DNA of 64,000 bases from Nitrosopumilus sp. (lineage in GTDB: Archaea > Thermoproteota > Nitrososphaeria > Nitrososphaerales > Nitrosopumilaceae). Below, piece after piece: positions 10,811 to 20,880 of this stretch. Made by a program: the position numbers and the translations under genes. The notes under the pieces are model-generated. The model was given only the letters and a program-made list of their open reading frames with translations, did no database searches and had not been told where the DNA came from. The first letter of the stretch is position 1. Each line of letters starts with the position of its first letter. The DNA lies in NCBI GenBank assembly GCA_965207445.1, contig CBDBLX010000002.1, forward strand, positions 1,335,849-1,399,848, read 5' to 3'.

Positions 10811-13800
10811 TCACGGGTCCGATATGGTACCAATAGCCAACCACATGTCTGCACTGATCTCAGCGTTGTCTGCTGCAACAATCTCAAGACGCATTTTCTC
10901 GTCACCTTCTTGAATACTGTCAGTTGTGGTCTTTACACTGACAGTGTGTGTTGTCTGGCCAGGCTCAAATCTTACAAGATCATTGTCAAATGTATAGTCG
11001 CTTCCGGCAACTGCCTCCACATCTATGGTAATATAGTAGACATCAACTGCGCGTGCATACGGGTGGTTGAGGCTTATGATAAAGTCCAAATCATTCCCCT
11101 CAGTTGCTGTCATGTCTCCGACAACAAATGCAGTCGGTATAACGTTTGGCAGTGTGAGTTGAACTGTTCTTGTTACGGCAGTGGCGACGTTTCCTGCCAT
11201 ATCTGTACACATGTATGTAATCTTATATGTATCACGGACAGATACATTAACAGCGCCATTTACGGTGGGTTTTATTGCACCATCCACACTATCAGTACAT
11301 GTGGCACCTGCATCAGTGTATGTCTCTCCCATAGGTATGAAAAGAGATGCTTTGCCATTTAGCGTCAACGTCGGAGGCGTGGTGTCTGAAACAAATATTG
11401 ATTGACTTTTTGTGCCGGTGTTGTCTGATGTGTCAGTGGCACTCCACTGTACTGTATGATTACCAACTGTAAATGACGCTATGACACTATCAGTTGTATT
11501 AATAGTGGCGGTCACAATAGTTTGTAGTGAACCTGTAGCATTGTGTGTTATTGTAAATGGCCCCTCAGATGTATCATGTATGACTGGAAAGCCTAACGCT
11601 ACACTAGTTGCGGGTCCTGTGGCTTCAACTTTAACATTTGGTATTAAAAGTGACGGCGGGGTGGTATCTTCAACTAGTACCACTTGGTTCACCGTACCGG
11701 TGTTGCCTGATATATCAGTGGCATTCCACTGTACAATGTAGCTACCTACTGCAAATGACACTATAACATTATCAGTTGTAGTAGTCACAGTTTGAAGTGA
11801 ACCTGTAGCATTGTGTATTATGAAAAATGGACCACCAGAGGCGTCTTGTACAACTGGCAAGCCTAACACTACACTAGTTGTGGGTCCTGTGGATTCAACT
11901 TTAACATTTGATATTAAAAGTGACGGTGGTGTAATGTCACCTATAGATATTATCCTGCTGACCGGTTCTGCTGCATTTCCTCTAGTGTCAGAGCATGTGT
12001 ACTTTATAGAGTATTGTCCGGCACTCGTTGTGTTAAGATTACTCTGAACTATGGGTTCTAAAACTCCATCCACACTATCTATACATGTAGCTCCCGCATC
12101 AGTATATGTATTCTCCACAAATGTGTGGACTAGTGCCTTGCCATTTAGCGTCAACGTCGGAGGTGTGGTGTCTGAAACCAATATTGATTGACTTTTTGTG
12201 CCGGTGTTGCCTGATGTGTCAGTGGCACTCCACTGTACTGTATGATTACCAACTGTAAATGACGCTATGACATTATCAGTTGTATTGGTGGTGGTGGTCA
12301 CAATAGTTTGGATTGAACCTGTAGCATTGTGTGTTATTGTAAATGGCCCCTCAGATGTATCATGTATGGCTGGAAAGCCTAATGTTACACTAGTTGTGGG
12401 TCCTGTGGCTTCAACTTTAACATTTGATATTAAAAGTGATGGTGGTATTACATCTTGTACTATAATCGTTCTGTCTGCAGATATATTTCTGCCAGCATCG
12501 TCTGTGCAAGAGTATGATATGGCGTATGTGCCTGGAACAAGTGTGTTGACTGTGCTACTCACAACAACAGGAGTTATGGACTTGCCATTATAGTCAATGC
12601 ACGTGACACCAGCATCAGTGTATGGTTGTTCACCTTCAGATATGTAAGTTGGGTTGTCCCCATGTACATTTATTGTAGGATCTGTAGGTTTTTCATCATC
12701 ATTTATGATATTGATTTGAAATGAGGCATCATCATAACTAAATTCGAATCCCCCCTCAGCAAGACTGCGAAGATTGCACGTGGAACTACATACAAATGAC
12801 GTATCATATCCCAATATCACTCCTCTCTGTGTAATCCCACTTGATGAGATGAGAAGAGGTGATACAGTAAGTGTTCTATCTTTTGTATCGTTGTTTGGTC
12901 TAGCAGTAAGCAGAAACGTCGCAGATTGCTGACCTTCAGTAAACAATATCTTTGCTGTGGCGCCGTGCACACCATCCATTACGATCAAAGCATATAGTGA
13001 TCCGTCCTCGTTATACCACACCTCTGACTTGCCTGCATCTGCTATCTGTTTTGTTCCCTTGCCATCTCTGAGTCCTATATACCAATGGTCATATGCCGTG
13101 CCACCCTTTACGTCAAATCCTACACCTACAGTCTCACCAGTTTCTAACTGGCGATTTAGTGTGACTTTGATTTTGGTCTTTCCTCCGTTCTCTGAAATGG
13201 ACGTCTTTTGTGCATCAAGTGATGCTGACAAGTACTTTTCATCATCTATTACATCAATTGCAATAGCGTTATGATTACTTAATATCGTACCGCCTGAAAC
13301 CCCGACTGATGTAGGTGCGTCAAGCAACGACACAGTAATGGTACGATCCACAGTATCACTGTTTGGTTTGGCAGTTATCACAAATGTCGCCTTTTTGGAG
13401 CCCTGGGTGAATACTGCTGTTGCTGCCGCCTCTGATTTTGAGCTGCTACTTTTGTACTCTACTCCATCATTACTTTCACCAAGCTTGATAGAAAAGTGCT
13501 CACGTAGTGTGGCACCTTGTACATCAAATGGTACTGTAATGGTCTCACCAGGCCCTAGTGTGCGGCTCAATTCTATGGTGAATTTTGCCTTGCCTCTATT
13601 CTCCCCAATGGCAGTCTTTTGTGTCTCAAGTGACACTGATACTGGCTTGTCATCATCGATAATGTCAATTGAAATAGTGTTGTTGTTATATAATGCCACA
13701 CCCTCTGAAACCCCAACTGATGTAGGCGCGTCAAGCAACGACACAGTAATGGTACGATCCACAGTATCACTGTTTGGTTTGGCAGTTATCACAAATGTCG

Positions 13801-16800
13801 CCTTTTTGGAGCCCTGGGTGAATACTGCTGTTGCTGGTTCTGATTTTGAGTTGCTACTTTTGTACTCTACTCCATCATTACTTCCACCAAGCTTGATAGA
13901 AAAGTGCTCACGTATTGTGCCACCTTGTACATCAAATGGTACTGTAATGGTCTCACCAGGCCCTAGTGTGCGGCTCAGCTTGATCATGAATCTTGTCTTG
14001 TCTTTGTTCTCCTCAATGGCAGTCTTTTTTGCATCAAGTGTCACTAACACAGATTTATCATTATACACTTGTACAATATCTGCCTGGGTTGTCGATGGTG
14101 TATCATCATTATCATCATCATCATCAACAATAACAGATACGGTTCGGCTGATCTGTGTTGCTGCGTTGTTTTGTGTATCAGAGCACACGTAATGTATAAT
14201 ATAACTTCCAACATTTGATGTATTCACACTACCTTGCATAATTGGCACAAGAGTGCCATCCACATTATCAGTGCACGTGGCCCCTGCATCGACGTATTGA
14301 CTATTCACAGTTACGACTACAGGCGTACTACCCTTTAGTGCCAATACAGGCGGCATAGTATCCTCAACTAGTACCACTTGATTTACAATACCTGTGTTGT
14401 CTGATGTATCAGTGGCACTCCACTGTACTATATGATTACCAACTGCAAATGATGCCATAACATTATCTGTTGTATTGGTGGTGGTAGTGGTCACAGTTTG
14501 AAGCGAACCTGTGGCATTGTGTGTTATGGTAAATGGACCGCCAGATGTATCATATATGACTGGAAAGCCTAATGCTACACTAGTTGCTGGTCCTGTGGCT
14601 TCAACTTTAACATTTTGTATTAAAAGTGATGGTGGCATAGTATCCTCAACTAGTACCACTTGATTTACAATACCTGTGTTGTCTGATGTATCAGTGGCAC
14701 TCCACTGTACTATATGATTACCAACTGCAAATGACGCCATAACATTATCAGTTGTATTGGTGGTGATCACAGTAGTTTGGAGTGAACCTGTGGCATTGTG
14801 GGTTATTGTAAATGGCCCCCCAGATGTATCATATATGACTGGAAAGCCTAATGCTACACTAGTTGCTGGTCCTGTGGCTTCAACTTTAATATTTGGTATT
14901 AAAAGTGATGGCGGCATTACATCTTGTACTATAATCGTTCTGTCTGCTGATGACTTTTTGCCAATATCATCTGTGCAAGAGTATGATACTGCATATGTGC
15001 CTGGAACAAGTGTGTTGACTGAACTACTCACAACAACAGGAGTTAGGGACTTGCCACTGTGGTCAACACATGTAGCACCTGCATCAGTGTATGGTTGTTC
15101 ACCTTCAGATATGTAAGTTGGGTTGTCCCCCAATATGCTTATTGTTGGTGCTGGTTTACCACCATCTTTGATGTTTACTGTAAATGAAGTGTCCTTGTCT
15201 AACATCACTCCACCCTCAACTCCAGTTGATGTCGGAGGTCCAAGTGATACTGTAATGTTGCGGCCTATTGCATCGTTGCTTTGGCCCGCTGCAAGTACAA
15301 GTGTTGCAGTGCGGGCGTCTTTAGAAAATGTCACATTGAAATTACCACCAACCCCTCCATTTAATGAGGTCAACTCTATTGTACCGCCCAACTTTTCATC
15401 TCTATTGTCTCCGCTGAGTCTGATTGACCAATGTTCAGGTGTTGTGCCCCCATTTACGACAAATGGTGTCGTGACAGTCTCACCTGGTTCTAGTGGACGG
15501 TCAAGATTAATTGTAAAGTTTGTCCCAGCCCCGTTTGTCAGAATTGATGTTTTTTGTGCGTTGATAGACACTGACATGGGCTTGCCGTCATCATCATTTA
15601 CTATATCGACTAGCAAAGTTTTTTGTGATGATAGTGGTGTGTATCCTGAGCCCTCATTTAGCGTTATTGTAACTGTACCGTCTTGTTCATCTGCAATATT
15701 GTTGTCTATAACAGGCAACGTCACTGATGCTGTTCCGCTTGTGGGAACTGACACTGTATGTGATCCCACATAACTAGAGTTTACAAAGCTTCCCACCTGT
15801 GATACTGTATATTTTACATCTAACGGTGACGATGGCGGTGGTTTGACATCTATGAAGAATGTGACATCATCATTCTCAGTCAGACTGATCATACCTGAAA
15901 TACTTGCTACCTTTGGTGGATCCGGTGAGGGGAGTATTGATGTCTTCCACAACACAAAGCCGTGAATATTTCCAACAGATGGGGTGGTGGACGAGTCAAC
16001 CCATCTTAATTCTAAAAGGTCATATAGCGAGTAAAATGGATGTCCTCCATCTTGTCTCTCGACGCGCGGTATCACTGATATGATCAATGATTCTGGATCT
16101 AGGTCACCATCATGTACAGTACTAAAAGATATGGTACCAGTGGTCGTGCCATTTTTTATGGTTAATATACCATCATAGTAGTTTATTTGAGGATCACCAT
16201 GATATATTGGTGTTGATGTGCGCACCGGTACAATGTCATCATATGTGATGGTATCGCCATCAGGGCATAGATTATTTAGATTATGATAGTTACCATGTAT
16301 ATCATTACATGGATGAAGTTGTACAATGAATTGATTGTCTGCTGGCGCGGCAGTATCTAGTGATATGGTGACTGTGATATCTTCACCTGCAGTCGGTGTA
16401 TTGGACGTGATGCTTGCCTGGATGGGGTCTGGGAATTCAATACGTAGTAGTTTGTCATCACCCTCATTTGGAGTACCTCTTCCGTCATTGTTGCTGGTCA
16501 GCAGATACAGTGTTCCGTTTGGATGCTGTATTGGTGTACGTATGCGCCCTAGATCACCATCAAACAACATGGTGTGTCCAGTTCCATCTATCTGCACCGC
16601 CCCGAGGTGTTCTCCGCGCAATGCCCCATACAAGAGCATTCCACCTACCTGTGGTGTTCCGTCTTTGGCAAAGACCAAACCTGATGGCGCCCATGTGTCA
16701 TTGCCGGAGTGTATCAGTGGTGGGATGGTGCCTTCCAAGACGCTGTCTCCGCGCGCGAATGGCCAACCATAGTTCCCACCGGGTATTATACGATTTATCT

Positions 16801-17758
16801 CATCTTGTCCAGTTGCTCCATGATCAGTAGCATACAGCGTGCCGGTGTTATCCCATGCTAATCCTTGTGGGTTACGCAATCCATATGCGTACACTGGGCT
16901 GTTTGGAAATGGGTTTCCTTGTGGGATAGAACCGTTTGGAGCGATACGTAATATTTTACCTGCCAGCGAATCTTTGATCCAAGAGTTTACGTTACGTCCT
17001 GCATCTCCAGTCGTCACATATAACATCGAATCTGGCCCGAATTTTATCCGTCCTCCATCATGATATGCCCCTGCAGGAATGTTGTCGATTATTGTAGTGT
17101 TGAATGTGAGTCCAGACTCTCCGTGTATGTATCTGCTGACCTTGTTGCCTCCTTCGGGATCTGTATGGTACACATATACCATATTCTCAAGTGCTGCAAC
17201 TCCCAACATGCCGCCCTCACCACCAGACACCCGAAGCCGCAACAGTTCAGTCATGTTTCCCTCATGCACACCATACAGCACTCCGGGTCTAGTTGACACA
17301 TACATCCAGCCGTCATTACCAAATGCCACGTCCCATGGTGCAGTTAGGTTAGTCAGTACGGGTATTGCTAGTGCACTTTTAGTTGCAGATGAGTTCTCAG
17401 ACATTGTTGTGAATGTGATTTTGGGTGTGATCTGGCCAAAAGCCGAGTGATATGTTGCTGTTGTTGTTGCTGTTGTTGTTGTTGTTGTTGTTGCTGTTGT
17501 TGTTGTTGTTGCAATTGACAGTGGTGTTGGCAGTAGTTGGATTGTTGTTTGATCTGGACCATACCTGACACCTCCCATGTCATTTATGTAAGTGTAAGAG
17601 TCAACATTATAGTTATCATCATACTCTTCCCACCACTCATAGTACGTGTTGGTATACGCAACGGCGGCAAAAGTGTGGGACTCGCCTCCAAGTACCAAAA
17701 CAGAGATCACTGCAACAAATATTATGGTCACAAGAGTAAGTGGTTTTTTTATGTTCAA
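10811..17758 (-). CDS. Giant surface protein: PQQ-dependent sugar dehydrogenase (GSDH) beta-propeller + Calx-beta + DUF5011/HYR-like Ig repeats
   Basis: Signal peptide; HDGGRIKFGPD.MLYVTTGD, GKILRI, YGLRNPQGLAW, DHG...DEIN.I.PGGNYGWP; repeated YTDAGATC.D..DG and DTTPP motifs; terminal Calx-beta (AVAGSDY...F.PGQT..TVSV). Confidence 0.85.
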   Translation of the reverse strand: MNIKKPLTLVTIIFVAVISVLVLGGESHTFAAVAYTNTYYEWWEEYDDNYNVDSYTYINDMGGVRYGPDQTTIQLLPTPLSIATTTTTATTTTTTTATTTATYHSAFGQITPKITFTTMSENSSATKSALAIPVLTNLTAPWDVAFGNDGWMYVSTRPGVLYGVHEGNMTELLRLRVSGGEGGMLGVAALENMVYVYHTDPEGGNKVSRYIHGESGLTFNTTIIDNIPAGAYHDGGRIKFGPDSMLYVTTGDAGRNVNSWIKDSLAGKILRIAPNGSIPQGNPFPNSPVYAYGLRNPQGLAWDNTGTLYATDHGATGQDEINRIIPGGNYGWPFARGDSVLEGTIPPLIHSGNDTWAPSGLVFAKDGTPQVGGMLLYGALRGEHLGAVQIDGTGHTMLFDGDLGRIRTPIQHPNGTLYLLTSNNDGRGTPNEGDDKLLRIEFPDPIQASITSNTPTAGEDITVTISLDTAAPADNQFIVQLHPCNDIHGNYHNLNNLCPDGDTITYDDIVPVRTSTPIYHGDPQINYYDGILTIKNGTTTGTISFSTVHDGDLDPESLIISVIPRVERQDGGHPFYSLYDLLELRWVDSSTTPSVGNIHGFVLWKTSILPSPDPPKVASISGMISLTENDDVTFFIDVKPPPSSPLDVKYTVSQVGSFVNSSYVGSHTVSVPTSGTASVTLPVIDNNIADEQDGTVTITLNEGSGYTPLSSQKTLLVDIVNDDDGKPMSVSINAQKTSILTNGAGTNFTINLDRPLEPGETVTTPFVVNGGTTPEHWSIRLSGDNRDEKLGGTIELTSLNGGVGGNFNVTFSKDARTATLVLAAGQSNDAIGRNITVSLGPPTSTGVEGGVMLDKDTSFTVNIKDGGKPAPTISILGDNPTYISEGEQPYTDAGATCVDHSGKSLTPVVVSSSVNTLVPGTYAVSYSCTDDIGKKSSADRTIIVQDVMPPSLLIPNIKVEATGPATSVALGFPVIYDTSGGPFTITHNATGSLQTTVITTNTTDNVMASFAVGNHIVQWSATDTSDNTGIVNQVVLVEDTMPPSLLIQNVKVEATGPATSVALGFPVIYDTSGGPFTITHNATGSLQTVTTTTTNTTDNVMASFAVGNHIVQWSATDTSDNTGIVNQVVLVEDTMPPVLALKGSTPVVVTVNSQYVDAGATCTDNVDGTLVPIMQGSVNTSNVGSYIIHYVCSDTQNNAATQISRTVSVIVDDDDDNDDTPSTTQADIVQVYNDKSVLVTLDAKKTAIEENKDKTRFMIKLSRTLGPGETITVPFDVQGGTIREHFSIKLGGSNDGVEYKSSNSKSEPATAVFTQGSKKATFVITAKPNSDTVDRTITVSLLDAPTSVGVSEGVALYNNNTISIDIIDDDKPVSVSLETQKTAIGENRGKAKFTIELSRTLGPGETITVPFDVQGATLREHFSIKLGESNDGVEYKSSSSKSEAAATAVFTQGSKKATFVITAKPNSDTVDRTITVSLLDAPTSVGVSGGTILSNHNAIAIDVIDDEKYLSASLDAQKTSISENGGKTKIKVTLNRQLETGETVGVGFDVKGGTAYDHWYIGLRDGKGTKQIADAGKSEVWYNEDGSLYALIVMDGVHGATAKILFTEGQQSATFLLTARPNNDTKDRTLTVSPLLISSSGITQRGVILGYDTSFVCSSTCNLRSLAEGGFEFSYDDASFQINIINDDEKPTDPTINVHGDNPTYISEGEQPYTDAGVTCIDYNGKSITPVVVSSTVNTLVPGTYAISYSCTDDAGRNISADRTIIVQDVIPPSLLISNVKVEATGPTTSVTLGFPAIHDTSEGPFTITHNATGSIQTIVTTTTNTTDNVIASFTVGNHTVQWSATDTSGNTGTKSQSILVSDTTPPTLTLNGKALVHTFVENTYTDAGATCIDSVDGVLEPIVQSNLNTTSAGQYSIKYTCSDTRGNAAEPVSRIISIGDITPPSLLISNVKVESTGPTTSVVLGLPVVQDASGGPFFIIHNATGSLQTVTTTTDNVIVSFAVGSYIVQWNATDISGNTGTVNQVVLVEDTTPPSLLIPNVKVEATGPATSVALGFPVIHDTSEGPFTITHNATGSLQTIVTATINTTDSVIASFTVGNHTVQWSATDTSDNTGTKSQSIFVSDTTPPTLTLNGKASLFIPMGETYTDAGATCTDSVDGAIKPTVNGAVNVSVRDTYKITYMCTDMAGNVATAVTRTVQLTLPNVIPTAFVVGDMTATEGNDLDFIISLNHPYARAVDVYYITIDVEAVAGSDYTFDNDLVRFEPGQTTHTVSVKTTTDSIQEGDEKMRLEIVAADNAEISADMWLAIGTISDP

Positions 17759-17873
17759 GTTGTTAAACGCCCTCTAATTATGTACTATATATTGATTATA
17801 TTTTGTTGATCTCGTTGTATTGTTTGTTGATATAGTACATAATAATTTACTATACTGATTCATTAAATTAATT

Positions 17874-19041
17874 GTGTGAACCAACCTTCCTGACTGATAT
17901 ATTCATTTAAAATTTAAATAAATAAAACAATTTAGATTTTGAGGTTTTACGATAATATTTTTTCATATTTAAATTAATTTATCTAAATTCATGGAAATAA
18001 TAAATACACTTATATGATTAAATCTTTTTATCAACACTATGAGTCAAAAAAGACCAGACAAAGCAGATGATGCATATATTCAATTAAAAATAAAATATAA
18101 AATCAACAACTTGAACAATAGTAGCTAGTAAGTATGAAGAGTTAAATAAAAAAGTTCATATCATAAATACATTAAAGCGCAGTGTCAATACATTAGAAGA
18201 AGATAACTTAAACCTAAAAAAATAACTTAAACCTAAAAAAAATAACTTAAACCTAAAAAAAATAACACTGCTATAAAAAAACAAAGTCAGAAAAAAGATA
18301 CAACCATACAAAATTATGAGACAAAGCTCAACTATTATGAGAATGCCCATACACCAGCATCAAAGCAGGAAGCCATACATCCAAATAAATCAAAAAGTAA
18401 TAAATCAAAAAGTAATAAATCAAAAACATCTGCACAAAACAAAAACAACACAAATGGTGCAAAGACTAACAAGACTAAACCCAACAAACAAAGTGGTGTT
18501 TTAGGGCATAATGGTGGTACTCGTATATTCAAAGCAACAGAAAAAAAGAGACATGTTGCTACATGTTGCCCAGAATGTGAAGGGTAAAAACAACATGCAA
18601 GACCCCCACAAGGATAAAAAACGGACAATAGTTTTGATACCTGAATTTGTCCCTCACACTGTAACACTACACAAAACTGCCCAGTACAATTGTCTTGACT
18701 GTGGTGTAAAATTTCAAGCTAAAAATAACCTTCCACCAAATGGTCAGTTCGATTACTCTGTAATTCGCCATGTAACATATCAATCCACGCACAGAAAGAC
18801 TCCTAAAATGATTTCAGAAGATTTAAAGAATCTGTACAAACTAGACGTTTCTGATACGACAATTCGTAATATATGCGACCATCAAACTATACTGCTAAAA
18901 CCCATAAGAGATGGTTTCATGGCAGAATTAGAAAAATCACAGTCAGTAATCATGAATGAGACCGAATACAAAGGTGAGCCCAAAAGATGGATAATGACAG
19001 TTAGAAACGATGACACCATATCGTACATGCAATTGATTTAA
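17874..19041 (+). pseudogene. Frameshifted, truncated IS66-family (ISBst12-like) transposase preceded by a MITE-B-type end
   Basis: YENAHTPAS, GHNGGTR, CCPECEG, YNCLDCG, VSDTTIRN and NETEYKG..RWI motifs in different frames; GTGTGAACCAA at 17874; internal 19-nt and 15-nt tandem expansions. Confidence 0.75.
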
Positions 19042-19088
19042 CTCTATGTGTAGCTAATTAAAAATACTAAGCGTCGTACACTAACCGC

Positions 19089-20444
19089 ATGGAAGAAGGA
19101 GTGGTTAGGATTCATGCCGAAAACTTCAAGAGCCTGAAGGACTTTACAATCGACTTTAAAAAATTCAATGTACTGATTGGAACCAACGGTTCCGGAAAGT
19201 CCAACGTGCTTGAACTGTTCAAGTTTGCCAATCTATGTATAGTTCCAGACAGAATTCCCACATATCCATTTCGATCCTGGTCAGGATTCAAAAACATCGT
19301 ATGGTCCGGTGACGAGAATCAGGTGATTCGTCTCCAAGTTAGTCATTCCATAGCAAAGTATGACTTTGATTACAAGATAACTATAGGTGATTCAGGCGGC
19401 ACTCCTGAATTTTTGGATGAGGAATTAAATATTTCAAATTATCTACGTGTTTCGCGCAACGTTCAATCTCTCAAGTACGAGCTTGATTCCAAGTTCATGG
19501 ACACAGTAAAACATATACTATCCACATATACACTTGTTCGTGAGCTGTTGGATGATACACCAAAGCCACCCTGGACCGAAGAAATAGATAGTTCTGTCAC
19601 AATTCCAATGATAATTAGAGAATTCAACACCCGCCCCCTCAAGGGATATATGAGATCAAGAAGACCAACATCACGCTCATCATCCCATGACTCTAATTCG
19701 TCAGGTTATGATATTAACGATGTTGGATTCGTAATGCATTATGTTGAAAATTTGAATACAATACTTCGGATTCCTACTGTTAGAATTGGTGATGATAACA
19801 ACAAAAACTTTATCCACGAACATGCTACTAGTTTCCTAGCTGGACGACATTCCATGATTCTACTTCGACAGTTAAATTATACTGCCATCCGAGAGTCTCG
19901 GTCAGTCGAAGACTCCGATGAATTGAGGGAAGACGGCGTTGGATTAATTGGCAAACTGTTCCGCTGGTACACTAACAACCATCATCTACCTGATCGTTTT
20001 ATGCTTGCGCTTGAACACCTATTTCCTAGCTGGCAGATCAATTTTGATGTAACTACAGATGGACGGATACTGCTAAAAGTATATGATGGTGGCATGGCTT
20101 TATCCCCATCATCAATTCCAGACGGCTTTTACAAACTGCTTGCAATACTCGCAGCCGTAGAAATGGGACCAAAATTCCTACTAATAGACGAGGTAGATAC
20201 GTCACTGCATGCTGAAATTATCGACTATGTTCTCAGTGAGCTTCGTACTTGTGAATCACATGTAATTATTACCACACATTCTCCACTGGTAATAGATGCA
20301 GTTAAACTTGAAGATGTTATAATTCTTAAAAGAACTAAATCTGGTACCATATATGAGAGAATTAAAAATCCTGACAGTATGCAAAAAGAATTGCGCGACC
20401 AAGGACTTACGCTAAGCGAAAGCTGGATATATGGTGGATCATGA
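19089..20444 (+). CDS. ABC-type/AAA_21 ATPase (RecF/OLD/AbiEii-like)
   Basis: NFKSL; Walker A GTNGSGKS; signature-like PDG; Walker B LLIDEVDTSLH; H-loop TTHSP. Confidence 0.88.
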   Translation: MEEGVVRIHAENFKSLKDFTIDFKKFNVLIGTNGSGKSNVLELFKFANLCIVPDRIPTYPFRSWSGFKNIVWSGDENQVIRLQVSHSIAKYDFDYKITIGDSGGTPEFLDEELNISNYLRVSRNVQSLKYELDSKFMDTVKHILSTYTLVRELLDDTPKPPWTEEIDSSVTIPMIIREFNTRPLKGYMRSRRPTSRSSSHDSNSSGYDINDVGFVMHYVENLNTILRIPTVRIGDDNNKNFIHEHATSFLAGRHSMILLRQLNYTAIRESRSVEDSDELREDGVGLIGKLFRWYTNNHHLPDRFMLALEHLFPSWQINFDVTTDGRILLKVYDGGMALSPSSIPDGFYKLLAILAAVEMGPKFLLIDEVDTSLHAEIIDYVLSELRTCESHVIITTHSPLVIDAVKLEDVIILKRTKSGTIYERIKNPDSMQKELRDQGLTLSESWIYGGS

Positions 20445-20554
20445 AGTATTATTTTATCGTGGAAGATCATTTTGGTCCACAATTTATCAAAGAGTTATTT
20501 AGAAAAAAATCCGATGAGGGGATATTTTTTGGTAGACTGATTAATGCATACTGA
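20441..20554 (+). pseudogene. Truncated TOPRIM/DUF4276-like partner of the ATPase
   Basis: ATGA overlap with ATPase stop; MKYYFIVEDHFG resembles the first TOPRIM strand with its Glu; stops after 37 aa next to an inverted-repeat element. Confidence 0.5.
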
Positions 20555-20558
20555 TATG

Positions 20559-20648
20559 ATTAAAGATCCGATATTTTGATTGATATTCATCTCGAAGTTG
20601 AGCACATATTATGAATATAAAATATTAGAAAACTATCGGATCTTTAAT
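20559..20648. mobile_element. 90-bp element with 15-bp perfect terminal inverted repeats (MITE-C candidate)
   Basis: ATTAAAGATCCGATA ... TATCGGATCTTTAAT; single copy in window; no clear TSD. Confidence 0.5.
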
Positions 20649-20880
20649 GAAACTATTATGCATCATGATATCTTGTTGCAATCGCATTCATCGTTCGGTG
20701 TCCATACACTAGTGAAATGATTGATCCCTCACTTAACATATGTACTTTAATGAACATAAAAAATTCACAATTTTATGCGATAATGTAAAACAGCATTCAT
20801 ACTTTTCATCGATCTTTGTTGTTTATGATAAACTACCCACTGCATTTTTTTATTAGATATGATTCAAAAAAAAAATACTA

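Noticed and set aside
11340..15130. Near-identical repeats as DGR template/variable regions
   Set aside because: No reverse transcriptase in the window; all copies are in-frame domain duplications and differences do not look adenine-restricted
10910..17583. Many plus-strand ORFs opposite the giant surface gene (likewise 34849-40305 and 50325-51005)
   Set aside because: Antisense shadows of repetitive coding sequence with no independent motifs
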